From Podarcis liolepis (lineage: Eukaryota), in the NCBI GenBank assembly GCA_965112155.1, contig OZ218103.1: a stretch of DNA of 64,000 nt. One strand, written 5' to 3'. Below, in pieces: positions 31,188-48,513 of this stretch. Each line of letters starts with the position of its first letter. Position 1 is the stretch's first letter. A program made the translations under genes and the position numbers. The notes beneath the pieces were generated by a model. The model was not told the origin of the DNA, did not search any database, and saw nothing but the letters and a program-made list of their open reading frames with translations.

Positions 31188-32450
31188 CTGGTCTCAAAGC
31201 AAATAACTATGTTGGAGCAAGTGGTGGGGTCTGGTGAAGGGTACTGAATATCCCCATATTCATCCCTTCCAAATTCTAAAGAGCTATTACACCAGTTTTA
31301 ACACCTTCCTCATGTTATGTTTAAAAATAAATTTATGAAACAGTTTTAAAATATGCACAGTTGCATCCTGGAGAACCTAAGGTGGCGCCTTATAGTATCA
31401 CGTGTTAGAAGCTTTTTGAATGGTGCATTTAACGCAACTGGTAACTGCAAATCTACTTTGCCTCTTTAAGTAAACATTATAGACAGTTCTACTCTGGTAG
31501 ACCTTATGAAATTCTGCACTGAAAGGATATACATATATCTTTATCTATATATATATTTCCTTAATTCACATCTTGCCAAGGTGTTACAATGCCTTAGCTT
31601 TCAGTTGCTTTACTCTCTCTTAAGACAGGAGAGGTTAAGTTCCTGTTCATTCTGCTCTAGTTTTGAGGACCATATGAGGATGAATATACCAACTGTTTAT
31701 ATAGAATCCTGTATGAGCACTCAAACCAGTTCCTTAAGTTGATGGCCAAATGTTAAAATGTTTTGTATGTCTCATTTAAACTAAAGTCCATATAGCAAGC
31801 AACGTTATCTCCTAGATCACATTGAAAGTATCTTCCAGAGTAGACTTGATAGTTTTTGTAATTATCTTCAATTAGCATGCACAGTGCAGAATTTCATAAG
31901 GATGAGGTGTGCCATCAGTGTGATAACTTAAAGATATTTAAAACAATGCACAAATTTGCTGCTGCTTAGAACACTGCAGCTTCTAAACCCAGTTTATTTT
32001 ACTGAATAAAAAATTTAAAAAGTTGTGCCTGAAGTGAATACATTTTTTTTTTTTTTTTTGCAGCCAGCACCCAGTGTACTGTAAAAGAATACTTAGGCTT
32101 TCCATAGCTGTATTGAGACTTTCATCAAGGTGAAATAGTTGATGTCTGTGTGCTTTTTTTTTTCTCCCTCCAGGCCCCTTCTCTCCCCTCCCTCCCCTTC
32201 CTCAGCCACACTTTATCAAGCGAGCAAACTAAATGATTGGTCTAAGTATTACTTTAACCAAAAAGATCAGGAGTTATTTTCTTTGAATAGAGGGCAGTAC
32301 TGTGTTTTTTTCCCATGTTACCTCTATTCTCAATTTAGGGTTTTTCTTCTCTGGGAGATGCATTATCTTTGTAAAACAAACATTGCTTTCTCCAATTTTT
32401 CTGTTAATGGCGAAGAATGGAAATAGAATAAAGTTTTACTGATTTTGAAA
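31188..32450 (+). terminator. CSDE1: CSDE1 3'UTR with three AATAAA poly(A) signals (31326, 32005, 32427)
   Basis: Three AATAAA hexamers seen directly. The distal context GAATGGAAATAGAATAAAGTTTTACTG resembles the recalled mammalian 3' end. Confidence 0.75.
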
Positions 32451-35400
32451 AACTGCCTCAATCTTGTAACTCCTTCATTAAGACTATTCCTAGTCGCAAA
32501 ATATACCCCATGTGGTATAGATCAGAGTTGACTAACTTCTGTATTCTCAGGCCATTCTAGACACTTTGTCCAGCCCCTGTAAGGATATCTGGCTCAATGA
32601 AGTGTTGTATCCTACTGGAAAGGGTTTCACTGGTACAGAGCACATGTCCTTGGATGGTATGAGGTCACATGCTGAGCACAGGTTGGCAAGGAACAGTGTT
32701 TTTTTTCCCCAGGCAGGGGGGTCTCTTCTACACATCCCACAGTGAAATGGATGTCATACCAGTCACACTGGTAACTGGAATTGAAATTGCCGTGCCTAAG
32801 TAGAATTAGAATAATTTCAAGGAAAGCATTGGGTTTTTAAAAGATAACACTTAAAACCACACTGATTGCACTTAAAAAAAAAAAAAGTATCAAAGATTTC
32901 AGTTCAAACATTTTGGACTATGAGACAGAATCTTGAGATTTATGCAACATGTAAAATTAAAGATGTTCTTCATGCATACATACAAACGCACTCACTCACT
33001 CTATTCAAATATCTCAGATTTGTTGTCATTAATTTAGGGCACGTATTCAGATTAAAATTTGCCAGGAAACCTTTCTCACTGGTATGCTGAAATCAAACTT
33101 TCACACAACACTGTGTTTGCATTCCCCACCTCAATAATTTGCATTGCTAAACAGGCAAGCTGATCTTAAGCTTGTCATGCAATTGCATTAGAAACTTTAC
33201 ACACCACCTCAATGCAGTCATTTCTTGTGCATGTGTCCTAGGGCTGTGTGTACTCCTGGTCTGCTGCTAGGCCCCAACTAGATCTAGCCTGCAAATGGAT
33301 TTGGGGACCAGCCCTCATGTACAATCAGGATTTTAACTATTAAATGTGCCCAGGAGTGGGAAGACAAGGAAACACAGCATTTCCTTTCCCCTGCTCTGCT
33401 GACCACACTGTAGAGAGCAGGACTGAACCTTCCACTCAGCAGCAGGTGAGCAGAGAGTTAATTACTGCAGTGTGCTTCACCAACACCACCTCTGCAGGGA
33501 ATGCAAATGCCTGCAGCCAGTAGGATTGCACTTTGTTCCTTAGTTGGTAAGGTTATACTGGAAACTGGCAGGTTCAATTCAAAGTGCAATGTGGCAACAA
33601 GTTGAAAGCCCTTTTGCAAATTGTCACGCGGCTCTTTAATCTTGCAGAGGCTGCTTGCCTTCCCCTTTCCTCTTCCACTACCCACCTGACCACTCCACTT
33701 TCTGAGATCGCCCCAATTCACTATGGGTGGGCAGACTAGACCCATGGCAGTCTCAACCAAATAGTCAAAGCCCAGATCTGCCCAATTCAGTTTGTGATCT
33801 GGGCTTCAGTCAGATCCTGGTGCACAACATTAAGATGTACATATCGTTGTCGTGCTGTAAAGCAGGGGTGGGCAGATTAGGTTTGTATGCTTAGAACATA
33901 CAGGGGATGAGTCTACAGTACCTCTCCACAATGGTGCTTTAAAACATTTCTTCCCTGCAGTATATTAGGGTTGAGAGAGTTCAGTTCTTGTCAGCCAAAA
34001 TTTGGGAGTAGCTTGAGAAGTCTGTTGCTGGGGAATAAATCCAACTTCAGATTTCTCTGTATTTGAACAAAAACACATTCTTTTCAAATGAAAGTAGTCT
34101 ACTTCCAATTCCATTCACGTTTTCTTTCATTTAAGCAATAAATGGTGCCTCTTTAAATGACTTGGTATCAGTTACATTTGCTAAACAAAAGCAGGTACCA
34201 ATATTCCACTGGGAACAATGCAATATGATGTCTATTAGATTAGATAAACCAAAATGTCACAAAGATACTAGCATGCCATCAACTTCAGAACTATCTCTAA
34301 ATAAACCAAAGGCATTGTCTGAAAGCTTACTTTATTTGGGGGGTGGGGGGTGGTAGGCAGGAATACTGCTAGCAAAAGCATGATATATCTTCAAATAATG
34401 GTACCAAGTGATTAGTTACTTCCATAGCTGATACATCCTCATCATGGGTAGTATTTAACTAAATTTTACACTGAGCAGATGTGCTGAAATTAATGTACCT
34501 AACTTAATCTCATGTTTGTTAATTTCAATGGGTCTACTCTTGATTAAAACTGAATTTTCTACTACCCATAAATCCTTTCTACAGTGAAATTATCAGACTG
34601 ATAAATGAGTCCATAGACAGATTCTGACAATAGTTATTCTCAGTGTGTAGTATATATGCAGCTATTTGTTTATACAAAGTATAAGTGCTTTGGTAAAAAC
34701 TGATCACTCTCTAAAGTTGGTCAACATGTCTAGGATGTTGCCAACTAGATGTTTCCAGAAGGCACAAGAACAAGAAATCAATTAACAGATTCCTGCTGTT
34801 GTGCATGTGTTGTGTACACAAATCAGCTGCTATTACTTTCTCTGAACAGTTTTGAATTGATGTTTTATTTATTTATTAAAATTTATACACTGCTTGATTG
34901 TAAAAAAACAACCCTCAAAGTAGTTTACATAGGATCTTGTTAATTATATTGTAAGAAAGTAACTTTATTTTGGCTTTGCTGAATCTAATGAATTTCAGCT
35001 TCATTATGTAACTGATTTCAAGTGTTTGTGGATAAGGTTCCCCTTTATTCACTATCTCTATACATGATTTTGTAAAACACTTGCTTATGTTAGGCATATA
35101 TACTATTTTTGCTATAATGGTGATCACTGGGTGCCCACTGTGATTTTACAAGTGTCATGAAGTACCTATTGGCCATTATAGGGTGGGTGTTGGGTGTAAA
35201 ATGTGTTTTCAGTATATTATCTCCCCCTCTCCTATCTTAAGAGGCTTGACTAGAAGCCAAGTCTAGCTGGATTCAGAGGTGACGGGTAAAGAACTGTGGC
35301 GCTGGTCTGTTCACACAGTGAGAAAAGGGAAGAAGAGCGAGGGTGGGACACCATGCCAAGAGCACATTTTCACAAAAGCACACCATCTTCTAGTGAGAAG

Positions 35401-35859
35401 GGATTTTGAAAAGTTCAATTCGTTTCATTTACACTCCAGTGGGACCCGTGCTCTGTAAGTGATAACATGTGCAAGGTCCTGCATTCAATCCCCTGCCATG
35501 ACCACTTTAAAAGGGCAGCATGAGATCATTGTGAGAACATGCAGCAGTGGCTACAATGGACACACAAGTGTGCCTGATGGGCAGGGATGATGATGTTGGC
35601 CTCCATCTGCCTCAAGAATGGAGTGTGACTCAGGGGTGAAGTCCAACCGCTGCAAAGTGACCTCCCCAGGGCGAAAGCTTGGGCATTGTGTATGGAGGTT
35701 TTGGGCTGCCCAGACGGCAAGGCCTCCCTCCCAGTTTTGCTGATGTAGCCCAAAGGATGGTGATGATGATACCCCGCCCATCTGGCTGGGTTTCCCTAGG
35801 AAAGCAGAGCAACACGTTTGGCACCAGCTTGGCTGTAGGACTGCAGCTAAGCTGGTGCA

Positions 35860-36760
35860 GGAGGAGGCGGCGGCGTACAAGGCGCCATCCAACCATCTTA
35901 GGAACCCCACTCCCGATCCGTGTAGACCAACAACAGACGAAGAGCTACAGTTCAGGGCCACCTGGCTCCATAAGCCACTGCTGTGGTCCTGAAGAAAGCC
36001 ACTTCCATCAACTCCCGGGGCTGGAGCATTGCGTTTGGCTTCGGAGTCCTGCCGGAACGAATCCGGCGCTGTCCTTCCTTCCTACTTGCCGCAACTGGGG
36101 TGGGAAGCGCCGTCCCGCGAGCCCTCCTCCCACCCTGCTCTCGTCAGGCAGAAGGACAACAACACCCAGCCGCCCAGCGCTCCCCACGGAGCCCTTGCTT
36201 TCAGTTAGCCCCGCCCAAGCGAGCGACGTCTCCGAATGCTTCCGGCGCCGGGGGATGACGTCAACCGTACGGCGGGTCGGAAGGACCGATCTTGGGAAGG
36301 GCGTTCTGGCGGCTGCGGAGCCTGGAAGTGAGGTGAGAGGCGAGTCGTAACGAGGAAAGGGGGAGGCAGGGCAGCCCCGTCGCCCCTTCGGGCTGAGGGG
36401 CTGGTCGGGAAGGTGCGGCGCTGCCTTTCTCCGCCTGGTGCCGGGAGACGCTGCCTTGGGCGGCTCTTCGTTCGCTGCCAGGGTTGGGTGTGCCCGTCCC
36501 TTCCGCTGAAGCCGCTTCTCCCCTGGACCTCCATGCGGACTGCTGGGGGCTCTATCTCAGCGGCTCTATGCGTTTGGGGTCCGGCAGCCTGAGGGCTTGG
36601 TGGGCGACCCCCTTTCGCTGTCCTGCTCGTATGGGGAAGGGTCCTCCGGGGGCTGCCCGGCTGCCCTTGGTGGTCCCAAGGCGTGCAGAGAGATGGGGTG
36701 TGGGGCTGCCAAGCGGGGCTCGCCTTTGTCCCCCTCTGGACATCAGATGTTGGCAGTCGC
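35860..36760. promoter_or_regulatory. NRAS: CpG island / NRAS promoter and non-coding exon 1 (donor at 36332|gtgaga)
   Basis: CpG-rich; GC box CCCCGCCC ~36209, ETS-like CTTCCGG ~36239, perfect CRE TGACGTCA 36256-36263. Confidence 0.8.
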
Positions 36761-38399
36761 AGGCTAGACGCGATTGAAGGAAAGAAGAGCCCTGATGATG
36801 GATCAGGCCAGTGGTCCCTCTAGTAGTCTAACATCCTGTACCCACAGTGGTGGGACAGGTGCCGGTGGGAAGCCCGAAAGCAGGACACGGGCGCAACAGC
36901 ACTCTGCCCACCTGCGATTCCCAGCCACTGGTATTTGGAGGTGCACCGAATGCTGTCAGTGGAGGTGGAAGATAGCCATTGTGGCTTGGTAGCTTTCTCT
37001 GCCACAAGTTTGTGTCCTGAAATGTTTACATTTTGACACGAGACACCGCCTGAATCTATTCACTGTATGCTCTGTATTAAAACAACATTTCTATTTATAA
37101 AATCATTTGTATGCTAGCCTTCTGTGCAAAGCCATCCAGTGCAGATTGCAGCACCATAAAACCGTACATATACAAAATATAACAGCAGCAGCATTTACAG
37201 TCATTAAAAAACCTAAGCTAGTTTGAAAACAGTTTAAAAACATCAGTATACATTGCTAATACAGAACTCTCTGCACCAAAATTACCAATTCTAAAAGAGC
37301 AACCTTTAAGAGAAATTGGACCAAAAGAGAAGTTTTTAAGGATGACATAATGTTGAGGCCATACAAATCTGCTAATAACAGATGTCAGCTGCACTTCAAA
37401 CTACAAATTTTGATATCACCCTTCAGGAAATGCAATGCAATCTGAGGCCAGTTGTACCTCTCTATCCAGATCAGCCAGATCCTCATTCAGAGCAGCTCTA
37501 TCTTTTCAGAATTGAGTTTCAGCTGGGTTATCTTCATCCATCTCAAAATTGTCTCAGTTTCCTATTCAGAAATCATTTACATATTTTTCATCTTATTCTC
37601 ACATCAGTTTAGGTTGAGCAGTAGCTTGCCCAGCACCACCCAGTAACTTTCTTTCCACTGTAGAAGTTCCTTAGTGGCCTTGTGCAAGCTGCCGTTCAAC
37701 CTAAACTGCTTCACTGTATTGTGAGAGTAAGGGGACCCTCAGGCCCAGGGGCCAGGCCTCTCTACCTGGCCCACAAGACTCTTCCTAGGCCACACACACT
37801 CCCGAGCCACACCCCTCCTTAAATATTTTTGCCTGTCTGGAATGCACATTTGACTTCTGATAACATTTCTTGTTTGCCTGGCTGGAGTTAAGAGAGGGAT
37901 GTGTAACTTACAGTACAAACATATATCTACAGTTGCTCCCCCCACTAATGTTCTGGCCATGCTCACTACTGGCATGTGGCCCCAGACAGGTTGCCGTGCA
38001 GGGAATGTGGCCAGGGGCTGACCAAGCTTCTCCACTCCTGTGGTAGAGAATGGATTTGAGCCATGGACAATCCTGTCCATGCCTACTCAAAAGTAAACTC
38101 CACAGAACTTTCTCTCAGGTAAATGTGTACAATATTGCAGCCCAGGTCTAGGATCTTATTATTTTACACTGCTGAGCCTGTATTGGGGGCGATTTGGGTC
38201 CAGATCAATCATCCATGAATTCTCAGACTGGGTTTGGCCTTGTTTTGTTTAATTTATCATCTGCCTTTCAGCCTGTGGTAAAGCCCTCTAGCTGATTACT
38301 ACAGTACCAAACACGTTGGGTGTTCAGAATTTTTATTCTGTCTCTGCATTTGCTATGTGTTTCTGAAAGACGCTTTCTTTGAGATCTTGGCTCTGCTAA

Positions 38400-42102
<3,703 letters not shown>

Positions 42103-42716
42103 TCAGGTGGGTGGCAGTTTCTGCTAAACAAGTGATTGAGAAATATGAGGGCACAGTGTTTTTGAAGAAATCTCTTATTTTGAAGGACAGTGATAAAGAC
42201 AAGTTTTGCAAAGTAGGCGTAGGAGACGGCAAGAGTCAGAAAGCTGAGTGGCAAACGAGAAAATGCAGATGAATGCCTCATAAGAAGGACTTGTCAGCTT
42301 GCATCTTTAAAGCAGGCTCCTACAAAGCTCAAATGGACAAAAAGGGCTTGGCAAAAATCTTTGGAAACCTCTGACATAGGGGCTGTAGCTTCCTAATGCT
42401 AAAGTTCATGTAATAGGTGTCAGGTCTCTATAGCATCTTTTAAAAATAGATGTTTAAATAACATAAAAATCTACCAGTTGGACTACAGTCTTTCTGATAG
42501 GGATAAAATGCCTACAGCCTGTTCCCTCTGCTCTAGCGTCACTATCCTGGGCAAATTCTACAACTTTCTTGGTTTTTGTGGGTTTGATTCACTGGAAATT
42601 AATGCTGCATGTGGAGTTCTCCTGGGACTCTGTTTTGGCAGTCTTAAACTTCGCCCTGTTTCTGTTATAGAGCATGTAGTGGAGCAAAACTAACACGATG
42701 TATCTCTTTGTTTCAG

Positions 42717-45700
42717 CTGTCAAAAACATCTGGCCAAAGTGCAGCTAGAGGGTGAATCTTAAGTCCACTGTTGCATTTCACCAGTACCCTAGTGCCAGTT
42801 CTAATTCTTTTCTGTCGGCACCTGAAGAAAATGTCTCTGAACATCTACCTCTTTGCTCAGCTGAGCAAGCAAAGAAAGTCTCCTCTGTTGGTGGTGGGAT
42901 TTCCCCGCCCCCACCCTCTCTTTCTCGGAAAGGTTCAAACAGAGGAACTGGTATGTGAAACTGTAGAGGCCGAATACTTTGAAAGGACCATATACCTGTT
43001 TCTGGAAGGAAAGCTGGAGAAAATTGTGATCACACTGTACTGAAAAGCCTGACACTCTCCACCATTTTTGGACAGGGAAATGCTAGCAGCATGCCCCTGC
43101 ACTGTATATCTAAAATATTTCTATAGCACACCAACTTATTGCACTTATTTTGACCTCTAGCCCTTGGCTTTCTTTCTAGTAAGAGATCTTGAATAACCAA
43201 GTGCCTATTTGCAAAGGCAGGACAGGCCTTAAACTTACCCTGCAAAGCTCCTAGCTGTCCCATCTTGAGCACATGAACCTGCCTCAGACCATTGGTCTGC
43301 CTGCTCTTGACCTGCAGTGGGTTTCCAGTGTCCTCCTTCCCCGCTCTGTTCACTGATCCTTCTTAATAGGACTTTCAGGGGATTGAATGTGGAACCTTCT
43401 ACATGCAGAGCATGTGTTCTGCCATTGAGCTATATCACCTCCCCAGTAATGCACAAGGACGTCTCTGCACCGTTGACCGAAATACACATTGATCTTTAAG
43501 ACCTGTGGGGAACTCCAGCAGTCATTCGCCATCCTCCAGTGTTAAATACATTTCATTTAACTCTCCTTGACAATGCTGGAAGCCATTGGTGCCTCTCACC
43601 AGGCCCAGTTAACAGCCGTGGATATTAAAACTAACATTTACTCCAATGCCGGTCATAAATCATGGCTCTGTGAGGGCTATGTAGAGAAGATTGAACTGCC
43701 CCAGCTTTCTATGCACTTCTCTCTCTCTTTTTAATTTGTTCAACACCTTTGTCAGGCACAGACTCTTTATTTTTGATCTGTGAAAAATGAACCAGGGGGA
43801 AACACACTTCATCAAGATTATATACTTTGAAAGCTCTTTTCGGGTGACTGCTGTGCAGTTAAGCTACAGGTAAAGAGCTAGGGGAACAAAAGGGGAACAC
43901 AAGGGGATTTAGCCGCACAGTTTGATGCTGCTTGGATAAAGAAGTAAATTGCTGTTGTGCATTCAGCCTTACGAACTTTGGAACTGGATTTTTCATGAGC
44001 CTATGTGCCCCATAATTCTCTGTTCAAATGAATATTTGCTGGGAAAGACCTGATTGACTAGATAACCACTATTTATTTGAAAGCCATAATATTTGATCCT
44101 GGTTCTCATGTCCTGTTCCTGTTTTGCAACTGAATGTGTGAACTGCCTTGATTCCAAAGTGTTCTTGCTTGATATGATGGAAATTTGTACAAAAGCGCTG
44201 TCTGTGGTAGTTGTTTGATACATACATGTCGTTGCTAGATGTTGTGGTTATTGCATTTATAAAATCTTCCTAAGCAGGGGCCAGACTTCAGTAGAAATGG
44301 AGTACAGGATCATAAGTCCTTTATTGGTGGTTTTATTACGTTGCCATTTTACTGTACAAGCTCCAAGTTGGAGAAATCACTGTGCAATCTCAAATAGCGA
44401 GATGGTGGACACCTGTTTCCTAAAATAGCTTTGCTCTTGCCTAATATGAAGATGATGGTGTTTCATTTCAGAGATGTGCAGTATTCTGAGAGGGTGTTAA
44501 TATTTCTTGCATCTAGGTAAACTCTTAATCAGGTCTAGGCCTTAAGACATCACAGAACTCCCTTTGTTAAGGGGCTGGTATCACTTAAGCAATAAAGTGG
44601 TACATTGTTTAAGTCCATTTCCTTTGTTTTTATGGCCAGAGTTCCTATGCCCCTTTCTATTTGCATGGCATGTATAACTGTAACAGGTACATTGATGGAG
44701 GGAGCAGTATTTGTTGATTTTCTGCTCATCTTGTAGCTGTTCAGGATGTTGAACATAGGAGTACTGCCAGATAAAAGTGGCAGTCCTTGTACCACTTTAG
44801 GAATTCTCCCTCCACTTGCATTTACCATGTAAAGCTTGTGTCTGCAGAAGCCTGAAGATTAAGTGTCATGTCTGGCTGAGCTTTCTGCATATTAGCCAGC
44901 GAAAAAGCAGCAGTGAAGAAGATATTGGCCAGTTTCACACCCATTGTTAATCTGAGTCCAGTTGCTGCAGATGATATTCCTTCACTAGACTAACTTTGCA
45001 TTCTCTAGAGATAAAGCATTCTTCCACCTTCAGAATAATTATTATTGTTATTATTATTATTTGCCTTGATGAACACCTAATTGATTAACTGAAACTAGTG
45101 GTCAGTATTTTTTAAAGTATTTGCGGTATTGTTTTTAAAAATACTATTTGAATTCTTCTGGCTCGGGGGCAGGGGTGGTACCCTGCAGATGTTACATCTT
45201 CCCATCTTCCCTGACTAGTGGGCTGACAATTGGGATCCAGCAGCATCTGGAGGCACCATATTGCCTGCCTCTGCTCTGTGCCTTTGTAAGTGGCCAGTTT
45301 TGCCGCATGTGACTGAATTAATGGTTAGAGAAAGCACAGATATGGAGTTGAAAAGGGAAGAAAGTGCCTATTTGCTGCCTGATGAATTTGAGTTCTGGGG
45401 TGTTATAATTTTAAAATGCTCACAATGGTGCTTGCCTCTTCAGATTCTCCAGCATAATATAGGATGGTCATAAGCTACGAGAAATAATAGTAATATACAT
45501 GAGCAAATGGCAAAGTGTGCATTAATAAGATCTATACTGATTTTACAGCTAATTGAAGAAAAGCTCCCTTGTATGTTCTTGAGTTATGGGAGTGACACTC
45601 TGCCAATTTCCTACCATTTGGATAGTAGAAAAGGTGTCTTGTCTTAATTGGTCTCTAACATACCGGTAACTGATTCTGCCACTGTTTTGCTCTTGCTGAC

Positions 45701-45930
45701 AGGCAATCTCATTTCCTACAGCAGAATACCACAATTAATATGGGGCAGTAGATTCTGTGTGGATAGGAAGCAAGGCATGCTTCAGCTGTGATTGCACAAC
45801 ACTGGATGGGCTCTCTTTTTAAACATGCATTTAAACATGGCATGTCACCAAAGGACTAATGTCAACTCTATTACTATGTAATCCATTTCTCACTCATTTT
45901 GTGTTTTAATCAAATAATGTTTGTAAAAAA
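42717..45930 (+). other. NRAS: Probable NRAS 3'UTR exon (3' end uncertain)
   Basis: Branch point ACTAAC ~42689, then tctctttgtttcag acceptor; let-7 seed match at 42845; AATAAA ~44590. Confidence 0.5.
43280..43444 (-). mobile_element. tRNA-derived SINE, antisense in the probable NRAS 3'UTR
   Basis: Reverse-strand TAGCTCAATGGCAGAACACATGCTCTGCATG head. Confidence 0.6.
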
Positions 45931-46420
45931 ATTCTAAAATATATCGATATTATTCCTTGTTGTGTGTGTAATTCTTATTATCCATTTCATTTCTATATTG
46001 CTTTATATTTTTAAGGGGAAAACAAATCTCAAAGCGGCTTGCAACCTTGGGATACTAGTAGTAACTTCTAAGTGGCAAAGAAGTATGAGCCTTCTTAAAA
46101 GTCAGTGTAAATCTATAAGTAATGACGGAGTGATCTGAACTGGTCTGAACCCTATATTACTCAATCAAGCCACAGCAAGCCTGCTGCTGTGTCATAGACT
46201 CTGTCTGACAGTAAGGAAATTGATTTACACTTATCTGTCTTTATCTTCACCTCCTACTTGCTTTAGATAAGTCTCTCATGGGAGAAGTCTCTAGGTTTCC
46301 TGTTCTCTCTTCAGCTTAGAGGGTTTTCCCCTTCCTAAATCATACTTTGTAGCTGGACTAGAGATTCTCCATTAGTTATACATAGGTGATGGTGGAAAGT
46401 TCCTGAGTAAAGGCTGTTAT

Positions 46421-46602
46421 GAAAGCTAGCATGGTGTAGTGGTCAGAATGTCAGACTGGAGGAGATCTGGGTTCAAATCCCCAGTCAGCCATTATGCTTA
46501 CTTGGCCCAATTACTCAGCATAGTCTTCACAGGCTTGTGAGGCTAAGCCAGAGGTCCTTGAGGAGAGCAACTTGGGGAAAGGCTGGGATGTAATAAATGA
46601 AT
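46421..46602 (+). mobile_element. MIR-derived SINE (Squam3-like)
   Basis: GCATGGTGTAGTGGTCAG...GGGTTCAAATCCC...CAGCCAT head and taaat tail. Confidence 0.65.
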
Positions 46603-48124
46603 GATTTCTCTTTTACCTTAAGGGGCATCGCTTTTCCTAAGGGAGCACAAAGCTACAATTTCTCCTATGTCCACAGACTACAGTCTGATTGGTGGGATAA
46701 GCCCATCTGGGCAAACAAGACTTCTATTGTTGGGAATTTAGAGCCTATAATCCTACCTCTGCCAAGCACTTGCACTTTCTGCTTTTGAAAGGGCTGCAGT
46801 GGATCCAGTTTATCTTCAATATGAATTCAAAACTTTTTTGGGGTTAGTTGTCATGGATAACAAACCCTAGCCTGCTTCTACCCTAAAGTCACATTTTTGC
46901 ATATGGGTCAGCGGTCACTCAGAAATGTGGATTATCTGTTTCTAGGTGAGTAATACCTACATGTTGCTTAGTCTTCAGATTTTAGTGATCTTTGCCACCC
47001 CTTTTCTAGGTGCCCAGGACCCTTAATTCCTAGACTCGCTTGCCATGTTGACACATTTTCTGGGATTTGCAAGCTTCTCTCACAGGAGCTCAAGAGGAAA
47101 GCATAAATGCACTTTGATGGGTACTGCAAAATGATAAGCAACAAAGCCAGAAAGGTTTTCATGAGAACATTGTTGTTTTACCTCTTTGTTGCAGAAGTTT
47201 GGTTCTGTAGAAGCAGTGTGAAGAAGCTCATTTGAAGGAGAAACACTAACCAGGAAAATGTTATGCAGGACGTGTCCTACCAGCTTTCTTTGAATCATAG
47301 TGGCTGGGTAGAACAATTACAGTACTGTACTGTTGAATTGGTACACTAAATGGGCAGAGGATTTTTTGTGCTTTTTTTTTTTTTTTTTTTTGGTAACTAT
47401 AAGAGCCCATCCCTTTCCTCTAAAGTAGGAATGGGAAACCTGTGGCACTCCAGGTATTATTGAACTTGCCTCAGCCAGCATGGCCAATGCTTAGGGATGA
47501 CAAAGTCAAAAACAACCTATCACAAGCAGTTCTCATTCCTCCTCTAAAGCTTCTGCAGGTGTGTTACCCTGGTATAAATTATCAGAAAGGAGCAAGCAGA
47601 ATCTACGTATGTTTACTTCTCCCTTAATACTGGAGCTGGCTGGTGGCTTGCCACGCAGAGGAAATCCAATCCCTTAGTTATCTGATATGACCACATGCAA
47701 GTGTGACTTGGACAAGGGCTGTTGCTTCAAGAAAGAGTAGTAAGAACTAGTCTGTGATGTGTGGACTATTTGTGCGAGTGTACAAACAGAAACAGCATTT
47801 CCCATACTTCTGCTAAAGGTCACAATTTGTTTTTATGAATTAAAATCAGGCAGAGCACTCATGGCAATATCTGAATTAAAATGAAGCTTTGCTGCTAAGA
47901 GTGAGACCTTACATTTGAACCCTGATTGTAGAGTTGGAAGTGACTGTGAGCATCATCTAGTCCACCCCCTGCAACGCAGGAATTACTATTGCACTGGGGA
48001 AATGTCTGTGCAGCGCACTTCTCCCATTCGTTTGCTTCCCGTTTTCTTTTTCCTAGTGTAAAGTATGAAGCCTTTCCCTAGATGTACCTGAGCTGACGTC
48101 CTCAGCTGCCACTTTGTTTCAGCA

Positions 48125-48513
48125 CAGGACCCGGGTGGTGCTGTGGTCTAAAACCACTGAGCTTCTTGGGCTTGCCGATTAGAAAGTCGGCGGTTTGAAT
48201 CCCCACAACAGGGTGAGCTCCCATTGCTCTGTCCTAGTTCCTGCCAACCTAGCAGTTCGAAACCACACTAGTGCAAGTAGATAAATAGGTACCATTGTGG
48301 CGGGGAAGGTAAACAGTGTTTCCATGCGCTCTGGTTTCCACCATGGTGTCCCGTTGTGTCAGACGTGGTTTAGTCATACTGGCCACATGACTCAGAAAGC
48401 TGTCTGCAGACAAACGCCGGCTCCGTTGGCCTGAAGCAAGATGAGTTCCGCAACCCCTTAGTCGCCTTTGACTGGACTTAACCGTCCAGGGGTCCTTTAC
48501 CTTTTACCTTACC
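48125..48513 (+). mobile_element. Sauria SINE, full length
   Basis: TSD ttgtttcagca. Confidence 0.9.

Noticed and set aside
35551-36777. 223-aa ORF 35679..36350 and neighbours
   Set aside because: GC-rich NRAS promoter, no recognisable domain.
42945-42956. Possible extra donor CTG|GTATGT in the NRAS 3'UTR
   Set aside because: No partner acceptor identified, and use would likely trigger NMD; unsupported.
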